Numbered from the stretch's first letter, positions 29,770-38,183 are shown. The stretch: DNA of 64,000 bases from Burkholderiales bacterium (GCA_036406675.1 DASXAO010000138.1:6851-70850); one strand, 5' to 3'. Numbers and translations: made by a program. Notes: generated by a model not told the origin, from the letters alone.

Positions 29770-30506
29770 ATCGTCATTCCCCCGTCAATCGAATAAGCGT
29801 TTCCGGTGGCGAACAGCGATTCGTCCGAGGCGAGGAACACGAGGATTCCCATGATGTCGTCCACCGTGCCCAGCCGTCCCATGGGCTGGCGCGCGACGAA
29901 ATCCTTGCGCGCCTGCACCGGGTCGGCGAAGGCGTTGATCCTTCCCTGCAGCGACGGCGTGTCGACCGTGCCGGGGCAGATGGCGTTGCAGCGGACGCCC
30001 TTCGCCACGTAGTCGGCGGCGATCGACTTCGTCAGCCCGATCACCGCCGCCTTGCTCGCGCCGTAGACGAAGCGGTTCGGCAGGCCGCGGATGGACGAGG
30101 CCACGGAGGCCATGTTGATGATCGAGCCGCGGCCCTTCTTCAGCATGCCGGGGATGAACGCGCGCGACACCAGGAACATCGACTTGACGTTGACCGCGAA
30201 CCCCTGGTCCCAGTCCTTCGGGGTGGCGTCGAGGACGCTGCCGTGGTGCACGATGCCGGCGCAGTTGAAGAGCACGTCCACGTCCCCGGCCTCGCGCGCC
30301 ACCCGCGCGATCGCCGCCTCGTCGGTCACATCCAGCGCGCGGGTTTGAATCCCCTGTTTTCCCTCCAGGTCGGAGAGAACCGAGGCATTCAGGTCGGTCG
30401 CCCACACGCGCGCGCCCTCGCGCGCGAAAGCGAGCGCGGCCGCGCGTCCCATCCCCTGCGCCGCCGCAGTGACGAACGCTACCTTGCCTTCCAGACGTCC
30501 TGCCAT
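29766..30506 (-). CDS. SDR family oxidoreductase
   Basis: 246 aa with cofactor motif VTAAAQGMG and catalytic YGASKAAV. Confidence 0.88.
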   Translation of the reverse strand: MAGRLEGKVAFVTAAAQGMGRAAALAFAREGARVWATDLNASVLSDLEGKQGIQTRALDVTDEAAIARVAREAGDVDVLFNCAGIVHHGSVLDATPKDWDQGFAVNVKSMFLVSRAFIPGMLKKGRGSIINMASVASSIRGLPNRFVYGASKAAVIGLTKSIAADYVAKGVRCNAICPGTVDTPSLQGRINAFADPVQARKDFVARQPMGRLGTVDDIMGILVFLASDESLFATGNAYSIDGGMTI

Positions 30507-30534
30507 GAGGGCAGCGATTATACTTCGCGTAACC

Positions 30535-31236
30535 GTGAATCAGCTTGATTTCGCAGGGCGGACCGCAGTGGTCACCGGCGGCGCGCAGGGCATTGGCGCC
30601 GCCATCGTGGAGCGGCTGCGCAGCTCGGGCGCGCGCGTTCAGATCTGGGACCTCGACGGCACGCCGAGAGTCGACGTGTCCGACCCTGCCTCGGTCGACG
30701 AAGCGCTGAGGCACGCGCTGAAGGAGCTCGGGAAAATCGACGTGCTGGTCAACAACGCGGGCGTCGCCGGGCAGAACGTGCCGACCGTCGAGTACCCGAT
30801 CCAGGAGTGGGAGCGGGTGCTGCGCGTCAATCTCACCAGCCAGTTCCTGTGCTGCCGCGCGGTGGCGCCTCACATGGTGAACGCGCGCTACGGCAGGATC
30901 GTGAACATCGCCTCGGTCGCGGGGAAGGAAGGCAATCCGAACGCGGTCGCGTACTCGGCCTCCAAGGCGGGAGTGATCTCGCTCACCAAGTCGCTCGGCA
31001 AGGAGCTCGCGCAGACCGGCGTGCTGGTGAACTGCGTTACGCCGGCGGCCGCCAAGACCGCGATCTTCGAGCAGATGACCGAGAGCCACATCCAGTACAT
31101 GCTGTCCAAGATCCCGATGAACCGCTTCGTCAACGTCGACGAGGTCGCGTCGCTGGTGTGCTGGCTCGCAAGCGAGGACTGCTCGTTCTCGACCGGCGGG
31201 GTGTTCGACATCTCCGGCGGCCGTGCCACCTACTGA
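30535..31236 (+). CDS. SDR family oxidoreductase
   Basis: The GTG at 30535 gives MNQLDFAGRTAVVTGGAQGIG, a typical SDR N-terminus, with catalytic YSASKAGV. The alternative ATG at 30505 would overlap the divergent gene start. The start is uncertain. Confidence 0.8.
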   Translation: MNQLDFAGRTAVVTGGAQGIGAAIVERLRSSGARVQIWDLDGTPRVDVSDPASVDEALRHALKELGKIDVLVNNAGVAGQNVPTVEYPIQEWERVLRVNLTSQFLCCRAVAPHMVNARYGRIVNIASVAGKEGNPNAVAYSASKAGVISLTKSLGKELAQTGVLVNCVTPAAAKTAIFEQMTESHIQYMLSKIPMNRFVNVDEVASLVCWLASEDCSFSTGGVFDISGGRATY

Positions 31237-32956
31237 CCGCAAAAAGCGCCGCAGCGCGCAGTGGTTCAGCCGCCAGGACATCTACGGCTTCATCTACCGG
31301 AGCTGGGTGAAGAACCGCGGCGTGCCGAACGACCAGTTCGACGGCCGCCCGGTCATCGGCATCTGCAACACCTGGTCCGAGCTCACGCCGTGCAACACGC
31401 ACTTCCGCATCCTCGCCGACCACGTGCGCCACGGCGTCCTGGAGGCGGGCGGCTTCCCGCTCGAGTTTCCGGTGATGTCGCTCGGCGAGACGCTGCTCCG
31501 CCCCACGGCGATGCTGTACCGCAACCTCGCGGCCATGGACGCCGAGGAATCGATCCGCGGCAATCCGCTGGACGGCGTGGTGCTGCTCGGCGGCTGCGAC
31601 AAGACCACGCCCTCGATCCTGATGGGCGCGGCGAGCGTCGACCTGCCGACCATCTTCGTCTCGGGGGGCCCGATGCTCTCGGGCAAATACCGCGGACAGG
31701 ACATCGGCTCGGGCACCAACGTCTGGTCGATGTCCGAGGACCTGCGCGCGGGCAAGATCACGCTGGAGGAGTTCCACGAGGCGGAGTCGTGCATGCACCG
31801 CTCGCATGGCCACTGCATGACGATGGGCACGGCGTCCACCATGGCCTCGATGGTCGAGTCGCTCGGCGTCGCGCTGCCGGGCAACGCGGCCTATCCGGCG
31901 GTGGATGCGCGGCGCAACGTCCTCGCGCGCATGGCCGGGCGGCGCATCGTCGAGCTGGTGAAGGAGGACGTGCGCCTCTCGAGCATCCTCACCAAGCAGG
32001 CGTTCGAGAACGCGATTCGCGCCAACGCCGCCATCGGCGGCTCGACCAACGCCGTCATCCACCTGATCGCGGTCGCGCGCCGCATCGGCGTCGAGCTCAC
32101 GCTGGACGACTGGGACCGCGCCGGCGAGGGCGTGCACACCCTCGTCAATCTCATGCCGAACGGCAAGTTCCTGATGGAGGACTTCTGCTACGCCGGCGGA
32201 TTGCCGGCGGTGCTGCGGGAGCTCGGAGAAAATGATCTTTTGAACAAGAAGGCCCTGACGGTGAGCGGCCTGCCGATCTGGGACAACGTGCGCGACGCCG
32301 CGTGCTGGAACCGCGACGTGATTCACACGTTCGACTCGCCGTTCAAGAAGAACACCGGCATCAAGGTCCTGCGCGGCAACCTGTGCCCCGACGGCGCGAT
32401 CATCAAGCCCTCTGCCGCAACGCCCAGGCTGATGAAGCACAAGGGCCGCGCGGTGGTGTTCGAGAACATCGAGGACTTCCACGCGCGCATCGACGACCCG
32501 AAGCTGGACATCGACGAAAGCTGCGTGATGGTGCTGAAGAACTGCGGACCCAAGGGCTACCCCGGCATGGCCGAGGTCGGCAACATGCCGCTGCCGCCCA
32601 AGCTGCTGAAGAAGGGCGTCACGGACATGGTGCGTATTTCCGACGCCCGCATGAGCGGCACCGCCTATGGCACGGTCGTGCTGCACATGTCGCCCGAGGC
32701 GGCCGCGGGCGGCATGCTGGGGCTGGTCCGGAACGGCGACGAAATCGAGCTGGACGTATCGAAGAGAAGACTGCAGCTTCACGTGCCGGATTCCGAGCTG
32801 CAGCAACGCAGGGCCCGGTGGAAGGCGCCGCAGCCGGCGCTCGAGCGCGGCTACTGGCGCCTCTACCACGACCACGTGCTCCAGGCCCACCAGGGCGCGG
32901 ATCTCGACTTCCTCGTCGGGAAGAGCGGCGCGTTCGTGCCGCGCGACAATCACTGA
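31223..32956 (+). CDS. IlvD/Edd family dehydratase (sugar-acid dehydratase candidate)
   Basis: 577 aa. Motifs include GICNTWSELTPCN, LLGGCDKTTPS and SDARMSGTAYG. It overlaps the SDR gene by 14 nt. Confidence 0.88.
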   Translation: MPPTDRKKRRSAQWFSRQDIYGFIYRSWVKNRGVPNDQFDGRPVIGICNTWSELTPCNTHFRILADHVRHGVLEAGGFPLEFPVMSLGETLLRPTAMLYRNLAAMDAEESIRGNPLDGVVLLGGCDKTTPSILMGAASVDLPTIFVSGGPMLSGKYRGQDIGSGTNVWSMSEDLRAGKITLEEFHEAESCMHRSHGHCMTMGTASTMASMVESLGVALPGNAAYPAVDARRNVLARMAGRRIVELVKEDVRLSSILTKQAFENAIRANAAIGGSTNAVIHLIAVARRIGVELTLDDWDRAGEGVHTLVNLMPNGKFLMEDFCYAGGLPAVLRELGENDLLNKKALTVSGLPIWDNVRDAACWNRDVIHTFDSPFKKNTGIKVLRGNLCPDGAIIKPSAATPRLMKHKGRAVVFENIEDFHARIDDPKLDIDESCVMVLKNCGPKGYPGMAEVGNMPLPPKLLKKGVTDMVRISDARMSGTAYGTVVLHMSPEAAAGGMLGLVRNGDEIELDVSKRRLQLHVPDSELQQRRARWKAPQPALERGYWRLYHDHVLQAHQGADLDFLVGKSGAFVPRDNH

Positions 32957-32966
32957 GGAGCAAGCG

Positions 32967-34487
32967 ATGCTGCAAGCCGCCGACCTCACCATCCGTCTGC
33001 ACCCGGAGGACGACGTCGTCATCGCGCGCGTCGAGCTCCCGGCCGGAACCCTGCTGCCGAAGGAGAACGTACGCGCCGCGGTGCGCGTGCCCGCGGGTCA
33101 CAAGGTCGCGGTGCGCGCGGTGCAGCAAGGCAAGCCCGTGCATCGCTACAACCAGATCATCGGCTTCGCCACTCAGGACATCGCGCCCGGCGACCACGTG
33201 CACGTGCATAACGTCGCCATGGGCGACTTCCAGAGGGACTACGCCTTTTCCTCTCTGGTGAAAAAGACGGAATTCGTCGAGAAGCCGGCGACGTTTCTCG
33301 GCATCGTGCGCGCGGACGGGCGAGTGGCGACCCGCAACTACATCGGCATCCTGACCAGCGTGAACTGCTCGGCGACCGTCGCGCGCATGATCGCGCGCCA
33401 CTTCGAGAACAATCTGCAGGACTACCCGAACGTCGACGGCGTGGTCGCGCTTACGCACAAGACCGGCTGCGGCATGGCGAGCGAGGGGGAGGCAACCGAC
33501 CTCCTGCGGCGCACGATCGCCGGCTACGCCCGCCACCCGAACTTCTTCTCCTCGCAGCTCGTAGGCCTGGGCTGCGAGGCGAACCAGATCAACATGCTTC
33601 TTTCCGCGGAGAAGCTGAAGAAGAGCGACAAGCTCGGCGCCTTCACCATCCAGGAGAAGGGCGGCACGAAGAAGGCGGTCGAGAACGGCGTCGCGCGCGT
33701 GAAGGAAATGCTGCCCGAGGCGAACAAGGTAGAGCGCGTGCCGGTACCGGCGAGCCACCTCACGCTGGGGCTGCAATGCGGCGGCTCCGACGGCTATTCG
33801 GGCATCAGCGCCAATCCCGCCCTCGGGGCCGCAGTCGATCTGTTGGTCAGGAATGGGGGGACAGCCATCCTCTCGGAGACGCCCGAGATCTACGGCGCCG
33901 AGCACCTGCTCACAAGAAGGGCAGTCTCAAGAGAGGTCGGGGAAAAGCTCATCGAGCGCATCCACTGGTGGGAGGAGTACACCCGGCGCAACGGCAACGA
34001 GATGAACAACAACCCGTCGCCCGGCAACAAGGCGGGCGGTCTCACCACCATTCTCGAGAAGTCTCTCGGCGCGGTGGCGAAGGGGGGGACGACGAACCTG
34101 GTCGCGGTCTACGAATATGCGCAGCCGGTCATTGTCAAGGGCTTCGTCTACATGGACACGCCGGGCTACGACCCGGTCTCGGCCACCGGCCAGGTGGCGG
34201 GCGGCGCCAACATGATCTGCTTCACCACCGGCCGCGGCTCGGCCTACGGCTGCAAGCCCGCGCCCTCGCTCAAGCTCGCGACCAACACGCCGCTCTTCGT
34301 CCACCAGGAAGACGACATGGACATCAACTGCGGCACCGTGATCGACGGCACCGAGACCATCCAGGAGGCCGGCGCCCGGTTTTTCCAACTGATCCTCGAA
34401 ACGGCGTCCGGAAGCAAAACCAAGAGCGAAGAATTCGGCTACGGCGAGGATGAATTCGCGCCGTGGACCCTCGGCGCCACGATGTAG
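32967..34487 (+). CDS. UxaA family hydrolyase (altronate/galactarate dehydratase-like)
   Basis: The ATG at 32967 is preceded by GAGGAG and gives 506 aa. It has an N-terminal SAF-like segment and a typical UxaA/GarD core (RNYIGILTSVNCSA...LQCGGSDGYSG...FTTGRGS). Confidence 0.88.
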   Translation: MLQAADLTIRLHPEDDVVIARVELPAGTLLPKENVRAAVRVPAGHKVAVRAVQQGKPVHRYNQIIGFATQDIAPGDHVHVHNVAMGDFQRDYAFSSLVKKTEFVEKPATFLGIVRADGRVATRNYIGILTSVNCSATVARMIARHFENNLQDYPNVDGVVALTHKTGCGMASEGEATDLLRRTIAGYARHPNFFSSQLVGLGCEANQINMLLSAEKLKKSDKLGAFTIQEKGGTKKAVENGVARVKEMLPEANKVERVPVPASHLTLGLQCGGSDGYSGISANPALGAAVDLLVRNGGTAILSETPEIYGAEHLLTRRAVSREVGEKLIERIHWWEEYTRRNGNEMNNNPSPGNKAGGLTTILEKSLGAVAKGGTTNLVAVYEYAQPVIVKGFVYMDTPGYDPVSATGQVAGGANMICFTTGRGSAYGCKPAPSLKLATNTPLFVHQEDDMDINCGTVIDGTETIQEAGARFFQLILETASGSKTKSEEFGYGEDEFAPWTLGATM

Positions 34488-35068
34488 TGGAGCTCCTCCA
34501 GAGGCATCTGCCGGACATCGCGATCGCCGCCGCGCTCGCGTGGGGCAGCGGCCTTCGCGCCTACGCGGTGATCTTCGCGCTCGGCCTCGCCGGCGCCGCC
34601 GGCTGGCTCGACCTTCCCGAGCACCTGCGCCTGCTCCAGCACCCCATCGTCCTCGGCGCGAGCGGCCTCATGACCGCGGTGGAGTTCTTTGCCGACAAGC
34701 TGCCCTGGCTCGACAGCCTGTGGGACGCGGTGCACAGCTTCGTCCGTATCCCGGCGGGCGCCGCGCTCGCAGCCGCGGTGTTCGGCGACTCCGACTCCGC
34801 CGTCATGCTTGCCGCCGCGATCCTCGGCGGCACGCTGAGCGCCGGCGTGCATTTCGCCAAGGCGGGCACCCGCGCCGCGATCAATACCTCGCCCGAGCCG
34901 CTCAGCAACTGGACCGCCTCGCTCGCGGAGGACGCCATGGTGCCGGTCGGCTTGTGGCTCGCCTTCGCTCACCCAATTGTCTTTTTTGTAATTTTGGCGC
35001 TGTTTATCGTGGGGGCAATCCTATTGCTCCGCGTGATCTGGCGCGGGCTGCAGCGCCTGTTCGCATGA
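34487..35068 (+). CDS. DUF4126 family membrane protein
   Basis: The hydrophobic protein carries the DKLPWLDSLWD motif. The start is either GTG 34487 (sharing one nt with the uxaA-like TAG) or ATG 34463. Its stop is inside the ATGA of rsmE. Confidence 0.62.
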   Translation: MELLQRHLPDIAIAAALAWGSGLRAYAVIFALGLAGAAGWLDLPEHLRLLQHPIVLGASGLMTAVEFFADKLPWLDSLWDAVHSFVRIPAGAALAAAVFGDSDSAVMLAAAILGGTLSAGVHFAKAGTRAAINTSPEPLSNWTASLAEDAMVPVGLWLAFAHPIVFFVILALFIVGAILLLRVIWRGLQRLFA

Positions 35069-35769
35069 AGCCAAGGGTCTACCTCGACGCCCCGCTCGAG
35101 CAGCCGGGCGAGGTCTCGCTCCACGATGCGCCCGCGCACCATCTCGCGCGCGTGCTGAGGCTGCGCGAAGGCGATGCGCTCACCGTCTTCAACGGCCGCG
35201 GCGGCGAATGGGACGCGCAGTTCATCGGCAAGCGGCGCGTGCGCATCTTGAGCTTCAACGCCATCGAGCGCGAGTCGCCTCTGCAGATCACGCTGGTCCA
35301 GGGCGTCTCTTCCGGCGACCGGATGGATTACACCGTGCAGAAGGCGGTCGAGCTCGGGGTCGCGGCTATTCAACCGTTGATGACGAAAAAGGGCGTGGTG
35401 AAGCTGGAGGGTGCCCGTGCGTCAGCCAGGATCGAGCACTGGAGAAAGATCGCCATAGCGGCATGCGAGCAATGCGGCCGCAATCGCGTTCCCGAAGTGC
35501 GGCCGCTCATCCACTTCGATCAATATCGCCCCGATGGCGGGAAAACGCGGCTGCTGCTGTCCGCCGAAGGCGAGCCCATCCGGAAGCTGAAGACGGAAAG
35601 CGAAGCGACGATTGCCGCCGGGCCGGAAGCGGGTTTCGCGCCCGAAGAGCAGGCCGCGCTCGAGCGCGTCGGGTTCGTGAAAGCAAGCCTGGGGCCGCGC
35701 GTGCTGCGCACCGAGACCGCGGCGCTCGCCGCGCTCGCCGCCCTCAACGCGCTGCAGGGAGATTTCTAG
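35065..35769 (+). CDS. rsmE: 16S rRNA (uracil1498-N3)-methyltransferase
   Basis: 234 aa from MKPRVYLDAPL. It has RsmE-like PUA and SPOUT features (HHLARVLRLREGD, LGPRVLRTETAALAAL). Confidence 0.85.
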   Translation: MKPRVYLDAPLEQPGEVSLHDAPAHHLARVLRLREGDALTVFNGRGGEWDAQFIGKRRVRILSFNAIERESPLQITLVQGVSSGDRMDYTVQKAVELGVAAIQPLMTKKGVVKLEGARASARIEHWRKIAIAACEQCGRNRVPEVRPLIHFDQYRPDGGKTRLLLSAEGEPIRKLKTESEATIAAGPEAGFAPEEQAALERVGFVKASLGPRVLRTETAALAALAALNALQGDF

Positions 35770-36382
35770 CGAGAAGCTGCGCCATCGGCTCGTTGCCCTT
35801 GGCGCGCGCGATCTCCAACGCGGTCCTGCCGTTCGCGTCCTTCGCGCCGAGATTGACGCCGCGTCCCTCGACGAACAGGCCGACGGCGAGCGCGTCGTCG
35901 CGCTCGACCGCCGCGAGGAACTCGTTCGGGTCGTGATACTTGAGCCCCATCGCGGTCAGGTCCTTGCGCGCCTGCAGCGCGCGCTCGGGCGAGGCGGTCA
36001 CCGGCTTTCCGATCTGCTTGCGGGCCATCGAGGCGATACCCTGGCCGATCGAGGCCACTTGCGAGCGGTATTCGGTCGGCATGTCGGCAGTCGCCTCGTG
36101 CAGCAGGCCGGCGGCGGCAAGGTTCGCTTCGGTGTTGCGCCCGGCGAGCATGTCGTCGATCGCCTTGTCGGGGTCATCGGACTGCGCGGTGCGCATCAGG
36201 ATCTGCGCCAGCGTCAGCGCGTGCCCGAACGCCTTCCAGCTATCTTCGTCCTGAGCGGTGGCGGGTTTCGGCGCGGGCGCGGTCGCGCTCGGCGCGCTCG
36301 TGGCCGTGTCGCCAGTCGCGGCGCACGCGGCGAGCATGGGCAGCAACAGCGCGGCGGCGAGAACGGTGGTATTCAGTTTCAT
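35744..36382 (-). CDS. lipoprotein with C-terminal ankyrin repeat
   Basis: 212 aa with a signal peptide and lipobox (LPMLAAC). The C-terminus DANGRTALEIARAKGNEPMAQLL is ankyrin-like. Its 3' end overlaps the rsmE 3' end by 26 nt (convergent). Confidence 0.62.
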   Translation of the reverse strand: MKLNTTVLAAALLLPMLAACAATGDTATSAPSATAPAPKPATAQDEDSWKAFGHALTLAQILMRTAQSDDPDKAIDDMLAGRNTEANLAAAGLLHEATADMPTEYRSQVASIGQGIASMARKQIGKPVTASPERALQARKDLTAMGLKYHDPNEFLAAVERDDALAVGLFVEGRGVNLGAKDANGRTALEIARAKGNEPMAQLLARNLPAAR

Positions 36383-36442
36383 GGCGCGTCTCCAGGATGG
36401 AGAGCATAACGCGGGCCACTCGCCAGGGTTTACGCCTTACAA

Positions 36443-36459
36443 TTTGTAGAAACTACAAA
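36443..36459. promoter_or_regulatory. AT-rich inverted repeat TTTGTAG-AAA-CTACAAA abutting the argA start codon
   Basis: 7-bp arms with a 3-nt spacer, read directly. It is an AT-rich island in GC-rich DNA ending 1 nt before the ATG at 36460. The operator role is speculative. Confidence 0.25.
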
Positions 36460-37791
36460 ATGTCCAAGATGGGCACGCTGCAGCATCCCGAGAGCTTCGT
36501 GCGCTGGTTCCGCCAGGTCGCGCCGTATCTGCACGCCTTTCGCGGCCGCACGTTCGTGGTGGCGTTCGGCGGCGAAATGTTCGCCGAGCGCGCGCGCTTC
36601 GCGAGCTTCATCCACGACGTCAGCATCCTGGCCGCGCTCGGCATCCGCCTGGTGCTGGCGCATGGCGCCCGCCCGCAGATCGAGGCCGAGCTCAAGGCGC
36701 GCGGCATCCGCTCGCACTACGCGCACGGACTTCGCATCACCGACGAGCGCGCGCTGCAGGCGGTGAAGGAGGCGGCCGGCGTGCTGCGGGTCGAGATCGA
36801 GGCCTTGCTGTCGCAGGGACTGCCGAACTCGCCGATGGCGGGCGCGCAGATCCGCGTCGCGTCGGGCAACTACATCACGGCGCGTCCCATCGGCGTGGTG
36901 AAGGGCACCGATTTCCAGTTCACCGGAGCGGTCCGGAAGGTCGACGCCGCCGGCATCGCGCGCCGGCTGGACGCGGGCGAGGTCGTGCTCGTCCCGCCCC
37001 TCGGTTATTCACCCACCGGCGAGGTATTCAACCTGGCGTGGGAAGACGTCGCCGAGGGCGTCGCCGTGGCGCTCAGGGCCGACAAGCTCCTCATGTACAC
37101 CGACCGCCTGCCGGCGGACGCCAAGGGCGAAGTGATCGCCGAGCTGACCGCCCAGGAAGCGGACTCGCTTCTGTCGAAGAAAACCGATCTGAGCCAAACC
37201 ACGAAACAGGCGATGGAGCACGCCATTCGGGCCGTCAAGGCGGGGGTGGCGCGCGGCCACATCGTGACGCGCCGCGCCTCGGGCTCGCTGCTGCTCGAGC
37301 TCTTCACGCATACCGGCGTCGGCACCATGATTACCGCGGCTACGGTCGAGAAGCTGCGCCCCGCGCGCATCGAAGACGTGCAGGGCATGCTCGCCCTGAT
37401 CGAGCCGCTCGAGGCCGAGGGCACGCTGGTCAAGCGCAGCCGCGAGCTGCTCGAGTCCGAGATCAACAACTTTCTCGTGGTCGAGCACGACGGCGTGATC
37501 GTCGGCTGTGCGGCGCTCTACCCGTTCAAGGAAGAGAAGAGCGCCGAGTTCGCCTGCCTGGCGGTCGCCGAGGGTTACCGCGATGCGGGGTACGGCGAGG
37601 ACCTGCTCAGGGCCTGCGAAGAGCGCGCCCGGGGCCTGCGCATCCGGCGGCTTTTCGCCCTCACCACGCACGCGGCGCACTGGTTCCTCGAGCAGGGATT
37701 CCGCGCCGGCGACGTGGACAAGCTGCCGTCGCGCCGCCAGGCGCTCTACAACTGGAAGCGCGGCTCGAAAGTCTTCCTCAAGCGAATATAG
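36460..37791 (+). CDS. argA: amino-acid N-acetyltransferase (N-acetylglutamate synthase)
   Basis: 443 aa from MSKMGTLQHPESFVRWFRQVAPYLHAFRGRTFVVAFGGE. It has an amino-acid kinase domain plus a C-terminal GNAT domain. Confidence 0.88.
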   Translation: MSKMGTLQHPESFVRWFRQVAPYLHAFRGRTFVVAFGGEMFAERARFASFIHDVSILAALGIRLVLAHGARPQIEAELKARGIRSHYAHGLRITDERALQAVKEAAGVLRVEIEALLSQGLPNSPMAGAQIRVASGNYITARPIGVVKGTDFQFTGAVRKVDAAGIARRLDAGEVVLVPPLGYSPTGEVFNLAWEDVAEGVAVALRADKLLMYTDRLPADAKGEVIAELTAQEADSLLSKKTDLSQTTKQAMEHAIRAVKAGVARGHIVTRRASGSLLLELFTHTGVGTMITAATVEKLRPARIEDVQGMLALIEPLEAEGTLVKRSRELLESEINNFLVVEHDGVIVGCAALYPFKEEKSAEFACLAVAEGYRDAGYGEDLLRACEERARGLRIRRLFALTTHAAHWFLEQGFRAGDVDKLPSRRQALYNWKRGSKVFLKRI

Positions 37792-37828
37792 AACGCGGGG
37801 GTGAGAGTCACCTTACCCCCGCACCCCC

Positions 37829-37834
37829 TATAAT
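37829..37834 (+). promoter_or_regulatory. consensus -10 hexamer TATAAT, 6 nt upstream of the yggX ATG
   Basis: CGCACCCCCTATAATTTGGCAATG was read directly. There is no Shine-Dalgarno sequence between the hexamer and the ATG. The -35 region is weak. Confidence 0.35.
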
Positions 37835-37840
37835 TTGGCA

Positions 37841-38113
37841 ATGGCGAGGACAGTGAAGTGCGTGAAGCTGGGCCGGGAAGCCGAGGGTCTGGAGCACCCC
37901 CCCTACCCCGGCGCGCTGGGCAAGCGCATCTGGGAGAACGTCTCCAGGGAAGCCTGGCAGCAGTGGCTCAAGCACCAGACCATGCTGGTGAACGAGAACC
38001 GGCTCAACCTCGCCGATCCCAAGGCGCGCAAGTACCTGATGGAGCAGACCGAGCGGCATTTCTTCGGCGAGGGCGCCGAGGTCGCTTCGGGTTACGTGCC
38101 GCCGGAAAAATAG
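37841..38113 (+). CDS. yggX: Fe(2+)-trafficking / oxidative damage protection protein
   Basis: 90 aa. [52 protein letters not shown] aligns closely with E. coli YggX as I remember it. Confidence 0.85.
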   Translation: MARTVKCVKLGREAEGLEHPPYPGALGKRIWENVSREAWQQWLKHQTMLVNENRLNLADPKARKYLMEQTERHFFGEGAEVASGYVPPEK

Positions 38114-38131
38114 GGACAGTCCCTATTTTCC
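38104..38131. repeat. family-2 palindrome, copy A (GGAAAAATAGGGACAGTCCCTATTTTCC)
   Basis: 11-bp perfect arms around a central A. The yggX TAG stop (38111-38113) lies inside the left arm. Confidence 0.7.
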
Positions 38132-38148
38132 GTTAGCTATGCGTCGCT

Positions 38149-38176
38149 GGAAAATAGGGACTGTCCCTGTTTTTCC
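38149..38176. repeat. family-2 palindrome, copy B (GGAAAATAGGGACTGTCCCTGTTTTTCC), inverted relative to copy A
   Basis: This imperfect copy (one A-to-G change and an extra T) lies 17 nt from copy A and 8 nt from the phoU stop. It is likely the phoU-side terminator. Confidence 0.65.
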
Positions 38177-38183
38177 TGTTTTT

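Noticed and set aside
37795-37822. Hairpin GCGGGGG-N14-CCCCCGC after argA as a terminator
   Set aside because: The stem is plausible, but no U-tract follows, because it runs directly into the TATAAT region of yggX. It is not confident enough to list as a feature.
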